From Vicugna vicugna (taxonomy: Eukaryota), in assembly GCA_013265495.1 (NCBI GenBank), contig MU058844.1, positions 13,290,184 through 13,354,183 on the forward strand: 64,000 bases of DNA, read 5' to 3'. Below are positions 51,486-63,329 of this stretch, in pieces. Within the stretch, counting starts at the first letter, position 1. Each line of letters begins with the position of its first letter. Under the pieces are notes generated by a model. It was not told the DNA's origin, did not search any database, and saw nothing but the letters and a program-made list of their open reading frames with translations. A program made the position numbers and the translations under genes.

Positions 51486-52679
51486 GAAGAAATAGAGTAG
51501 ATTCTTAATAATTATTTGTTGAATATATAAAAAGGAATACAATCCTAGAAGCACATCTGCAAATGGATTAATTGAGAAAATCTAAACATCTTTATTCATA
51601 AGTACTTGCTAATTGCCTGGATAATACGTTAATTAGCCTCTAATAGGAATCGTAGATTTTAATACCAGGTTTTGTTTTTAATCTTCAGATTTTTTTGATG
51701 GAGCAGTTTTCTAGGATAGTTGGAATATTTAAGCATCATGTCTTGTGGAAATGAGGGCATTTTTTTATTTCTGTAACTTCTGTAACCTAGAAGTTAGCAT
51801 CTGGATATTGTCCTGTAAAATCGTCAGTGGAGACCCTGACATAGATTTGAGGAAGGCTGATATTTTTAGATTATCCGCATTGGGCTAGTGGGCACTGCAC
51901 ATTTTCAAGTACAAATTTCATGTTTCAGCTAAAATGGTGTGAAAATTATTTTATATGGATGTTAAAAAAAGAGAATTTAAAATATATCGCTTACCCAAAC
52001 TTAGCCTCAGAGAAATAAAAATCAGTATCGGATACTTCCTAAGAATTTTATCGTGGATCCTCAGTGCTTATTAGGACCATGACAAGGAGACCTCTGATAT
52101 TTTCAAGAGTGCTGACACTAAATCACTGAGATGAGAGGAAGATCAGGTCTGTCTTTTCTATGATGACATAAAAGATCAACGAGAGACAAAATGTACAAAA
52201 AAAGAAGACTAGATTAAGAATGGAATGTGGAATCTATATATTAGCCAAGTGGTTTAACCTCTTGTGACAGTGGTAGTCTCTGGTAAAACTGGAATTAAAT
52301 AATTAAAATTCTCTGGTAAAATTAAATATCTGTGTGTTTTTTTTTTTAACTTTCAAATGTTACTACAAATGTAACTAGCAATTACATTCTCTTTGGACTG
52401 TGTATTCTTTTCCTAGAGTCAGTCCTGCATGATATTTGAACACATTGCCCTCTCCCCTAACTCAGCAGTGGAGATCACTGGGGGAAAATTCTTCCTTCAT
52501 TCACTCCTTTATAGTAAATGTCTCTGTGTGCACACAGGAATCTTATTACTAAAAACACCTTAGGCTTTAACTCAAAAAGGATATATGAAAATATACAAGC
52601 TAGTTTATAGAATTCTCTACATTTGCTTTGGAAAATTACTAATGGAAAATTACTACATATACAGCCATTTTCCTAACAT

Positions 52680-52800
52680 CTTTCTTATTTGCTCACTATG
52701 TACCAGGCACTGTGCTAAGGGTATAACATGAATTCTTTCATTTAACCTTTACAACAATTCTCCACAGCACGTAAAATATTTCAAAGATAAGGAAGCTTGG
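52680..52800 (-). mobile_element. MIR fragment
   Basis: gctcactatgtaccaggcactgtgctaag...catttaacctttacaacaa. Confidence 0.75.
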
Positions 52801-52809
52801 GCTTCCATT

Positions 52810-53130
52810 TTCTTGTTGGTTTTCTGTCTAGTTGCTCTAGTTGTAGCTGGTTTTCATGGAAACCATTATTGTGAGGCTGTTGGTTTTCAAAGCTACTCCA
52901 GCACTATGGAAGGTGGAATGGGAGTAGGGCAAGTTAAAACTCCACAAAGCTTGCTATTCTTATTAAGATTCAGTCATTTCTTTGTTGAACAAATGCTCTC
53001 TCTTCAGACTGTTGGAGTCCTTTGGCTAATTTCCAGTGTTCTGAAAAAGTTGATTTTGATAAAAATTTCCCATGTTCTCATTAAAGCAGATTCCTGGGGT
53101 TCTTATTTCATCATTCCCATTGATGTCCTA
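52810..53130 (-). mobile_element. Old L1M4-like 5' region fragment
   Basis: cctttggctaatttccagtgttctgaaaaagttgattttga, recalled from L1M4 5'-end consensus. Confidence 0.6.
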
Positions 53131-53284
53131 GGAGTGATCATTTTTAACATGGGAGGTGATGGCTGATATGAGCCATTTCTCTAAGGAAAAAACTCATAAA
53201 TACATGATAAATATAAATATATATTTTGAATGGGGCTAAACTGATCAAAATATAGTTGAGGACTATCTCTGTCAGAATCGCCTG

Positions 53285-56200
53285 TCAGATGAAAGTGAGG
53301 GGCTGGAAAAGGGTATTCCATACAAATGGAAATCCAAAGAAAGCTGGGGTAGCCGTACTTATATCAAAGAAAATGGGCTTTAAAATAAAGACTGTTACAA
53401 GAGACAAAGAAGGACAATACATAATTATCAAAGGATCTATCCAAGAAGAAGAAGACATATGATTATAAATATATATGCACCCAACATAGGAGCACCTCAA
53501 TATATAAGGCAAATGTTAGCAGAGAAAAAAGGAGAAATCAACAGTAACACAATAATAGTGAGGGATTTTAACACCCCATTTACATCAATAGACAGATCAT
53601 CCAGACAGAAAAATCAATAAGGAAGCACAGGCCTTAAGTGACACATTAGAGCTGTTGGACTTAACTGATATTTTTAGAGCATTCCATCTGAAAGCAGTAG
53701 AATACATATTCTTTTCAAGTGCACGTGGAATATTTGTCAGGATAAATCATATGCTGGCCCACAAAGCAGGCCTTGGTAAATTTAAGAAAACTGAAATCAT
53801 ATCAAGCAACTTTTCTAACCACAGTGCTATAAAACTAGAATCAACTACAAGGAAAAAAACTACAATAAACACAAACACGTGGAGGCTAAACAATATGCTA
53901 CTAAATAACCAATAGATCCACTGAACAAATCAAAGAAGAAATTTTAAAAATACCTAGAGACAAATCAAAATGAAAACACAATGAACCAAAACCTATGGGA
54001 CACAGCAAAAACAGTTCTAGGTGGGAAGTCTATAGCGATAGAAGCTTACCTCATGAAACAAAACAAATCTCAAGTGAACAACCTAACCTTACACCTAAAA
54101 CAACTAGAGAAAGAAGAAGAAGAAAAAAAACTAAGTTAGTAGGTGGAAAGAAATTCTGAAGTTCAGAGCAGAAATGAATGAAATAGAGACTAAGAAACAA
54201 TAGAAAAGATCAATAAAACTAAAAAATGATTCTTTGAAAAGATAAACAAAATTGATAAACCTTTAGCCAGATTCATCAAGAAAAAAAAGGGAGAAGGCCC
54301 AAATCAATAAAATGAGAAAAGAAAAAGAAGTTACAACCAACACCACAGAAATACAAAGCATCATAAGAGACTACTATACCAGTGAAATGGACCCTGGAAA
54401 AAATGGAAAAATTCTTAGAAAGGTACAGTCTCCCAAAACTGACCCAGGAAGAAATGGAAAATATGAACAGACCATTTACCAGCACTGAAATCAAGTCAGT
54501 AATTTAAAAACTCCCAACAAACAAAAGCCCGGGATCAGGTGGTTTCACAGTTGAATTCTACCAAATATTTAGAGAAGAATTAACACCTATCCTTCTGAAA
54601 CTATTCCAAAAATTTGCAAAGGAAGGAACACTTCCAAACTCATTCTGTGAGGCCACTGTCACTCTGATACCAAAACCAGACAAAGATACCACAAGACAGA
54701 AAATTATAGGCCAATATCACTGATGAGCATAGATGTAGAAATCCTCAGCAAAATATTAGCAAACTGACTCCAACAATACATTAAAATGATCACACACCAT
54801 GATCGAGTGGGATTTATTCCAGGGATGCAAGGATTTTTCAATATCTGCAAATCAATCAATGTGATATACCACATTAACAAACTGAAGAATAAAAACTATA
54901 TAATATCTCAATAGAAGCAGAAAAAGCTTTTGGTAATATTTGACATCCATTTATGATAAAGACTCTCCAGAAAGTGGGCATAGAGGACAGATGTCAACAT
55001 AATAAAGGCCATATATGACAAAACCACAGTTAACATCATACTCAATGGTGAAAAGCTGAAAGAATTTCCTCTAGGATCAGGAACAAGACAAGGATGCCCG
55101 CTCTTGCCATTTTTATTCAACATAGTTTTGGAAGTCCTAGCCACAGCAATCAGAAAAGAGCAAGAAATAAAAGGAATCCAAGTTAGAAAAGAAGTAAAAC
55201 TGTCACTGTTTGCATGTGACATGATACTATTATATATAGAAAATCCTAAATATGCTACCAGAAAACTACTAGAGTCCATCAATGAATTTGGTAAAGTTGC
55301 TGGATACAAAATTAATGTACAGAAATCTGTTGCATTTCTATATTCTCACAATGAAATATCAGAAAGATAAATTAAGAAAACAATCCCAATTACCATTGCA
55401 TCAAAAAGAATAAAACACCTAGGAATAAACCTACCCAAGTAGGCAAAAGACCTATACTCCGAAAACTGTAAGACTCTGATGAAAGAAATTGAGGATGACA
55501 CGAACAGATGGAAAGATACACTACATTCTTGGATTGGAACAATCAATGCAAGGCAGTCTACAGATTCAATGAAATCCCTATCAAATTACCAATGGCGTTT
55601 TTCAAAGAACTAGAAGAAAAATATTTTAAATCTGTTTGGAAACAGACAAGAACCAGAATAGCCAAAACAATCTTGAGAAAGAAGAATGGAGCTGGAGGAA
55701 TCGTGCTTCCTGACTTCAGACTGTACCACAAAGCTACAGTAATCAAAATAGTATGGTCCTGGCACAAAAACAGACATATAGATCAATGGAACAGGATAGA
55801 AAGCCCAGAAATAAATGACATAAATGGTAGCAGTATTTTTTTTTTGCATCCATCTCCTAGAGTAATGGAAGTTAAAACAAAAATAAATCGGACCTAATTA
55901 AACTTAAAAGCTTCTGCACAGCAAAGGAAACCATAAACAAAACCAGAAGACAAACTAGGGACTGGGAGAAAGTATTTGCAAACAATGCTACCGACAAGGG
56001 AATAATTTCCAAAATATACAAACAACTTACACAGCTTAATATCAAAGAAACAAGCAACCCAATCAAAAAATGAGCAGAAGACCTAAATAGACATTTCTCC
56101 AAAGAAGACATATAGATGGCAAACAGGCACATGAAAAGATGCTCAATATCACTAATTATTAGAGAAAAGCTAATCAAAATTACAATGAGGTATCACCTCA

Positions 56201-56821
56201 CACCAGTCAGAATGACCGTCATTAAAAAGTCTACAAGTAATAAATGCTAGAGAGAATGTGGAGAAAAAGGAACCCTCCTACACTGTTGGTGGGAATGTAA
56301 ATTGGTGCAGCCACTATGAAAAACAGTACAGAGGTTCCTTAAAAAACTAAAAATATAGTTGCCATATGATCCAGCAGTCCCACTTCTGGGCTTATATCTG
56401 GAGAAAATGCTTCAAAAAGGCACATGCACCCATGTTCATAGCAGCACTATTTACAATAGCCAAGACATGGAAGCAACCTAAATGTCCATCAACAGATGAT
56501 TGGATAAGGAAGATGTGGTATACATATAGAATGGTATATTACTCAGCCACACAAAAGAATGAAATAATCCCATTTGCAACAATATGGATGGATCTAGAGA
56601 TTATCATATTAAGTGAAGTTAGTCAGACAAAGACAAATAGCATATGATATCACTTATATGTGGAATCTAAAAAAAAATGGCACAAATGAACTTATTTACA
56701 AAACAGAAAGAGATTCACAGACATAGGAAACAAACTTATGGTTACCAAAGAGAAAAGTAGAGGGTGGAGGAAGGGATAAATTAGGAGTTTTTTATATATG
56801 TATATATATATGTATATATAA
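53285..56821 (+). mobile_element. 3.5-kb L1, 5'-truncated within the ORF2 endonuclease domain and lacking the normal 3' tip
   Basis: Continuous L1 ORF2 homology into the 3' UTR; degenerate TSD AGAATCGCCTG (53274-53284) / AAAATAGCCTG (56822-56832). Confidence 0.95.
53289..56620 (+). pseudogene. Disabled L1 ORF2p (endonuclease / reverse transcriptase / Cys-rich C-terminus)
   Basis: GWKRVFHTNGNPKKAGVAVLIS (EN), [22 protein letters not shown] (catalytic FADD altered to FACD), WKQPKCPS; many stops and frameshifts. Confidence 0.92.
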
Positions 56822-56970
56822 AAAATAGCCTGGAAATTCATTAAAGATGCAAATTACTGAACTACGTCAGTAATTGAACCCACTTGAACCCACTTCTGCA
56901 GCGAGAGAACCCTGAATCTTATATTTTCATAAACTCTCAGGTGACTGATGTATATGTAAAAACTAAAATT
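56822..56970. mobile_element. MER5-like MITE split by the L1 (other part at ~53235-53284)
   Basis: Rejoined flanks read tcagaatcgcctg|gaaattcattaaagatgcaaattactg...caggtgactgatg, like MER5 tcagaatcacctggggagcttgttaaaaatgcagattcctg. Confidence 0.65.
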
Positions 56971-57169
56971 AAAAAATTATTTGCATATGGTATTCTACAG
57001 TTGACATAATTCAGTGCTTACATACTAGGTATTGGGTTGTAAAATTGATTTTGAGCATCTAGAGCAACAGGAATGCTGGTAGATAATCACCTTCCTCTGG
57101 GTTTACATGTATCGATGGTATTTCAGTATTGCCTCTACATGTTTATCATAAAAATACCTTAAGAGTTAG

Positions 57170-57352
57170 GTTTAAGCACCTGCCATCTGCTAGGGGTTCT
57201 GGGGCTTTCACTATATCATTTAATTCTCAAAGGTCTGACTCCTCATCCCTATTTTAAAGGTAAAGAACCTGTCCAGGGTCATATGGCTAGCAAATAGAAG
57301 CACTGGGATTTAAAACAAGTATCCCTGACCCTAAAATCCATGCTTTTTCTGT
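57170..57352 (-). mobile_element. MIR SINE
   Basis: tcatttaattctca...catccctattttaaagg...ctgtccagggtcatatggctag. Confidence 0.7.
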
Positions 57353-58189
57353 GCTACTTTCCTGGTTCTCTTAAGCTACAACTCTGTTAGACATTTCTCA
57401 GCTGGACATAATGATAATTTTGCCAATAGATTCACAACGTCTATTCATTCCAATTCTTTAAAAAAAAAAACTTCAGGACACTCAATGTCTTTCTTATCTC
57501 TTTTTAATTCAATCCAACCCCTTTTGTCTAAGAGTTATAGAATAACTGGCAAATAAAGTGACTTGTATGGTGCAGGCACGAAATGAGGTGTGCCTGAGCA
57601 AGGCAGTGAGATGATTTGGGACCTCTGTGTGGGCTGAGTGCTGAATTTCACAGCGGCTCTAAAATGAAGGTGAAAGAAAGGAATTGAGGCCCTTAAGCAA
57701 ACCAAATCAAATTAGTTCAAAGAGAAGGAAATGACTTTCCAGATTAATAGAGATGAGCTGGCACGCACATGCTGAACACCCTCATATTTTTCAATGACTC
57801 TATGTCATTTTCTTAAGGCTGTGGGCAGTGGGTGTACATTTCAAAGGATGATTTCAGAAAGACAGGTTTTCTCAGTGATCTGGACAGCATTTCATGGTGT
57901 CATGGTGCTCTTTCCTAGAATTCTGGGTTTGGTTCATCATGTGTCAGAAAGAGGGTACATGGCACAGAGGGGTGCCCATATGGGACCTAGAAAATTGACT
58001 GACGTGACTCTTGGAGCTGTCAGCTTATTTTTGATTTCACTCTTTCTGTGTCTATGCAAAATTCCTCAGGTCAGTTATACAGCATGGAGGACTCATGAGA
58101 AATCTAGCTGAGTTGAATTAATTTTGTGTTCTGGATTTTATCAGATTGATTCATGTACAGGCATCTATTTCTTAGTAGATGCTAATTTT

Positions 58190-58315
58190 TAGATAAGCAG
58201 ACTCAGAACTCTTTGAAAACAGGGACTGTTTCTTGTTTGGCCTTGCCCGATCAAAATCTAACACAGTGTTCTTGCACATAGTAGGCACTCAGGATGCTGG
58301 AGGAATGAATGAAAA
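58190..58315 (+). mobile_element. L2 3' end
   Basis: cacagtgttcttgcacatagtaggcactcag...gaatgaatgaa. Confidence 0.75.
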
Positions 58316-58369
58316 GTTAGAATCTACCAGTGAGATAGAGATTAGGAGCTTAAGTTTGTCCCATCAGTT

Positions 58370-58590
58370 ATCAAAATATTGCTTTATTTGAAAATAGATG
58401 AAAATATAGATAATAATTCAGTAAGTATAAGAATAAAGAATAACAATAAAACAAAAACCCATGTACCCAGCTAGTGTAAGAAAAGGAATATTACAATTAA
58501 CTCTGAAGTCTCATGAGTATCCAGACTCTTTTTTTCCTTCATTCTATGCCCCACCTCCAGAGGTGACTGCTGTCCTAAACTTTTAGTACC
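58370..58590 (-). mobile_element. L1ME-like 3' fragment
   Basis: aaacccatgtacccagc...ccagaggtgactgctgtcctaaactt. Confidence 0.55.
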
Positions 58591-59559
58591 TTGTTTAGTC
58601 TGGTTGCTTTCATATTAGAAATAAATGTGCCTGCTGTCATAATTAAAACACTGCTCTTTTTTTGTAGAGAAGATAAGGTTAATTCCTGTTTAAAGCAACA
58701 TTAATCTTTATTGATGGGCTAAAAGTCCATCAGGGGCATGATGGTCAGAGAGGTCAGACAGGTTTATCTGCTCAAAATATATTCAAATCTTGGTAAGAGT
58801 TTTCATCGCTCAAAGGAGTAAATTCACTCCCTCAAAGGAGTAAATAATATGGGAATTTCAGGTTCCTTAGTGAGATGAATGAAGGAGAGATTTTTTTTGG
58901 CAGGCGCTGTTCTTAGGGTCCCTATATTCCCACTGGACCTCACATGCCGCTGTTGTTAATAAGACTCTTCAGTGGCTGGAGACGTGTTGCCGCTGAGAAG
59001 CGTGGACCTGCGGTGTGAAGAAACATGGCCACAATTCCTGTTATTTAAATATCTGCTTCTTGTGGATTCATTGATTATGACAACAGCTTTAGCACCTGGT
59101 AGATTTTAAAGGCATAAGCCATGTTAAAAGCCAGGATCAATCAGGCTGCTTTCCCACAGAAGAAAATGAAAGAAGTGACTTGTAGGTTACTCACAGCAAA
59201 GAGTTTGTTTGAGACCACAAGAGAGAAAGGTCTTCCTTCTAAGAACCTGATTGACCGCTTTGGGGACTTTCCAGAAGAAGGAAGGTTTGATTTTGTTTTT
59301 TCGTTCCTGTGGGCCTGGGTTTCCTACTTTTTCACTGCTCTTTTCTCTGAGGAGGCCAAGTTTTTTTCTTTGCTCACCAGGGGTGAGCAAAGGTAATTTT
59401 TTCGAATACACTTAAAAGTGGCCCTGTCAGCTTTATTTGCCGTTGAATGGGTCTGACTAGATTTTCCAGTAATTGGAGATGGGTGTTCGTGTTCTGATTA
59501 TTATATGAACAGCATCTATGCATTCATTTTATTCATGTTACATTACTTTTATTTATGTA

Positions 59560-59780
59560 GCCCATGTAGCACATTCATGAGCATCTAATATATACTAGAA
59601 ATTGGGAGCGGAGCAGTGTGCGGAACCGACACTGTCCCTGCCTTCAAGAAGTTTATAGTCTATCGGGGGAGGCAGACATCAATTCCAGTTCAGTAAGGAC
59701 CATGAAAGAAAAGTATCCTTCTTAAGTGTTACAGAGGGGAACCTCCTTTCCACCTGCTTCATATTTCCTTGAGGAAGGAC
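59560..59780 (-). mobile_element. L2 3' region
   Basis: gtccctgccttcaagaagtttatagtctatcgggggaggcagaca. Confidence 0.7.
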
Positions 59781-60204
59781 ATCAACTAATCCAGCGCTCC
59801 TGGCTTCTCTAAACGGGGCATGTCTATCTTAGCCCTTTCCTTCCCTCTGTTTTTGGGATGAGCCTGTCTGCTCTGAGCCTCGGCTGCTGAGTAGGAGGTG
59901 GGGTAGGGGTGGGGCCTTCCAGGTTTCCAGCACTGCTATGCCTGCTTATGTCTGTCTAACTCTGCAGTTCAGATTAGGAAACCCACTGCTGCCACGCAGC
60001 TCAGCTACTTTCCCCAACCCAGCCTTTCTCAGTACTGTGCTGACACTTGATCCTCATCTGCTTGACTTCATGGTCTTCTCTAAATTAATTCAGAATTTGG
60101 ATGGGAGAGAAGATGCTATTATTGGTTCCTTCAAACCTCAACAGTAAGCATCAAACTTGATGCATATACCACAATGCGTATACTGATAGAGTGTAATTTC
60201 TGGA

Positions 60205-60650
60205 CCAGGGGTTTTCAAATTCTGCTCCTCAAAGGAAGAAGGATTGGAGTGAGCAGGCAGGGTTGAATCCTCCTTCCTTCACAATGCCTTCAGCGAGAGC
60301 AGATTTGCTTGGGTCTATTGTATATATTAGGCTTCCACACAAAAATTCTGAGGTTGAAGGAAGTTTAAGAACCAGGGCCTTAGCTTTCATACATTTTAGA
60401 CCACAGTCCACAGTCCACATAATTATGTTTTATATTATACATACTCAAATGTATTAAATGCACGTATGTACGGACCTTACAGTCTCCATTCCGTTCCACT
60501 CAACTCTGTCCCATTCTATTCCTTTCCATTCCAATCCAATCCATTCTATTTCTTTTCATTTTATACCATTAGAAAGATAAGTTTGATTAAAACTCACTAA
60601 ATTGATTCCACAACACTCATGACATGAAGTTTCAAAAATTCTGCTTCAGA
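60205..60650. mobile_element. hAT-Charlie-like MITE relic(s) with degenerate (CCATT)n tract at ~60485-60550
   Basis: caggggttttcaaatt TIR-like start; cactaaattgattccacaac...agtttcaaaaattctg end. Confidence 0.5.
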
Positions 60651-61106
60651 ACATGTTCATTTTTACCAAAAGGATGTACTCTGATGTCCTCTTGTCTGTC
60701 CGTGACCCTATCTTGATGGCATCTCCTTTGCTTTATGTGCCTCATTCCTTTTGAAGCTTGATATATTATTTGCTTTCTGAATACATATATACTAGGGTTA
60801 CACTTATGAAATTATGGTCCCTTCTGAGAAGGTATTTTTTCACCATTATTATTATTGCTGAGACTTTGAACAACACCAAAATGAGGTATTACATTCCAAA
60901 TCTGGCAAACATTACTAAATATTTCTCTTGAGGCTCATTTAAAACCATATTATTATTACTGGCCTGTTTTGTTTTGTTTAGTGGAGTAATTTCCTATCAG
61001 ATCGCTGTAGTAAACAAAGCTGACAAAAATTTTCAAGTTCATAGAATTTATATTTTCCTGGAGTGTTTCTTTTACATAAAAATATTTATAGGACTGAATT
61101 ACTTAC

Positions 61107-61314
61107 GTGCACCGATTCATCACCACCACCTCATTCTTGACAGTATGACATCCAGAAGATGGCAATGAGATGGGGATGAGGAAGGAAGTATCATTTTTGT
61201 GCTTCAGCCAGTGCCTGGGCAGCTCGGGTCTGGGCGGAGTGTGAGTTTCGGAGCTGGGCAGACAGCGATCCTGAGCACAGGAAGGGCGAGGCGTCTAGAG
61301 GGATGGAAGATGCT
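61107..61314 (-). other. Candidate non-coding exon (208 nt)
   Basis: Minus-strand acceptor tcctcttacttccctttcag| and donor cac|gtaagt; stops in all three frames; no expression evidence. Confidence 0.3.
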
Positions 61315-62007
61315 CTGAAAGGGAAGTAAGAGGACATCAGAGTGAACACAGCCTCCCTGATGTAGCTGCGCACCAGCCCCAGCCCCTACCCTATGAAGCT
61401 GACTTCCAAGAAGTAAACATTGGGAAGTCAACTCGTTAACTTAACTTTTGTCTCCCAGGTTGGGCATCTAGTTAAGAGAGCTTCTGAAAAGGGGCAAGTG
61501 ATTCATTCCCAGAAGAAGAAGGAGGAATGTGCCTGTGTGGCAAAACTTGGCCTCCCTAGACGCCAGATTGGGCCTTCTTTCTGCCTCCCTCCAGTCACTG
61601 CGTGTTTGCTTTAAGTGGACAGGAGAAAGAGGCAAACACAGGTGCTGTCTGCGTTGGCAGCAAGGCCTCTCCTCCAGATTCAGGCTCTCCCTGGATGGCA
61701 CTGGCTGGCAACCACAAGAATGAAGATCTAATCAAGTGAGTGCTGGCTCTCTGCCCACCACTAACTGGTTTTATTCAGCTTCTCCATTGTTGATAATGAA
61801 ACACAAGTAAGCCTTCAGTTTCTTGCCTGCTGCTTCCAAAACCAGCATTGGCTGGAGGCTCCCTGACTTGCCACTTTGTGGTGTCATGGAAAGAGCACTT
61901 GCCTACAGTCAGCACACCTGACTTCTTGTCCAGGTTTTGCCTCCAATATACTGCACATGTTCCTTGACCTCCCTGTGCCTTTTTTTTTTCCCCAATTATT
62001 TTTGCCC

Positions 62008-62093
62008 TTTTTTTTGTTGTCATTGTTTTGGGAGAGGTAATTCAGTTTGTTTGTTTGTTTATTTGTTTGTTTGTTTTAATGAAGGTGCGGGGA
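62008..62093 (-). mobile_element. 5'-truncated camelid-type tRNA-derived SINE (3' part) with (TTTG)n tract
   Basis: Reverse complement TCCCCGCACCTTCATTAAAACAAAC...GAATTACCTCTCCCAAAA resembles the recalled camelid SINE tail TCCCCAGTACCTCCATTAAAA...CTAATTACCTCCCCC. Confidence 0.6.
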
Positions 62094-63329
62094 AAGCAGA
62101 AAGTACATAAATGAAATTCAGGGCTCCGTGTTAAAATCCTAAACAGTTGAAAAGTGTCCTGGAGGGGGCAAGGCATGTAGAGAGGCAGTAAGGAGAGATT
62201 TCTGGAGAGTGGCAGGGAGGGAGAGAGAGAGATCCTGCCTTCAGAACTTGTGTTCTGCTTAGGAGACGACAAGGCTGCTACACCGAGCGCCTCAAAGGGC
62301 ACCAGAGCTCCAGGCCAGGCTGGCCTTGGTGCAGTGTGGGCAAGGCCTGGAGCCATGCAGGATGAGCAGTTCAGGGCTTGGAGTCCTGCCTGTGGGTGGG
62401 TGTGCGGCCTGGGCAGGTCCAGGCAGGGCTCCGAAGGCCCATCACCGAAGAATCACCCCCTCCACCCCAGCCCCGGAGGCAGCAGCGGATTAACAGTCAG
62501 CAACACTTCGTTAGCCGGGGTTCCTGGCTCACCAGCTGAAGCCATTAGGGACTGATAGGTCCTCAGGGCTCCCTCAGTCCCAAGTTCGTTTCTACTTTCT
62601 TGCCTAAGGCCACAGGCTTCCCTCCCCAAACTGAGACAGGAACCCGGAAGACTTCCGGGCCAGCGTTTCTCTCCCACTGTCACGGTTTCCTGAAAGTGGA
62701 GACTTTGCCTTGGCTCCCAGACCCAGTCCTCCTGCCACAATTCACAGTTCCCGGTCAGTCATGGAAAGAGGAACATGCCTAAAAATAACCACCGGCTGGC
62801 CCACAAAGTTCAGTGGGGTGCAGCTGCAGCCAGTGGAGAAAGTCTGAAGTCTGCCCCTGTGGTTCTGGAAACTCAGCTGTGGCACACTCACCAGAAGGGC
62901 CCTTCAAGCCATGTTATTGTCAGTGTCTCTCAGGGCAGCCTTTACAAAGGCAAGTTCCCCCTGCCTGTGAGTTACTGAGGTCACCGAAGGAAAGCAGCTT
63001 GAGGAACAATAGGAAGAAGAAGAAAGTTTGCTTATGCCTTTTTGTTGCCACTCTCTTTCCCTGCATCCTTCCTCCATCTCCCCAGAAGCCCCCTCCACTC
63101 CCACATCAGCCAGGTAACTTCTGTGCTCTCCCTGGATGCCTGGAGACTTGCATGGTTCCCTGTGCCGGTCTTTCCTAATATCCCATTGTCTTGGATCTCA
63201 CTCTCTTTTCTGCATCAAAACTAACAAATCTGTCCTTCAGGGAAGGAAGCTAATCTGATAAGTGAACTCACAATAAAGTACAAAGGACGATGGTTTAAGA
63301 ATTACCTTTTATACAGAGGTTGGAGCATT

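Noticed and set aside
53289..56620. Active reverse transcriptase or domesticated L1 gene
   Set aside because: Multiple stops and frameshifts, an altered catalytic motif (FACD), an internal deletion, and no ORF1 or promoter
59121..59396. 91-aa ORF with a protein-like stretch after a ttcccacag acceptor
   Set aside because: No recognisable homology and no convincing in-frame donor pairing
62250..62800. CpG island or gene promoter
   Set aside because: Only moderate GC and scattered CpGs by eye; does not look like a canonical island, and the overlapping short ORFs have no recognisable product
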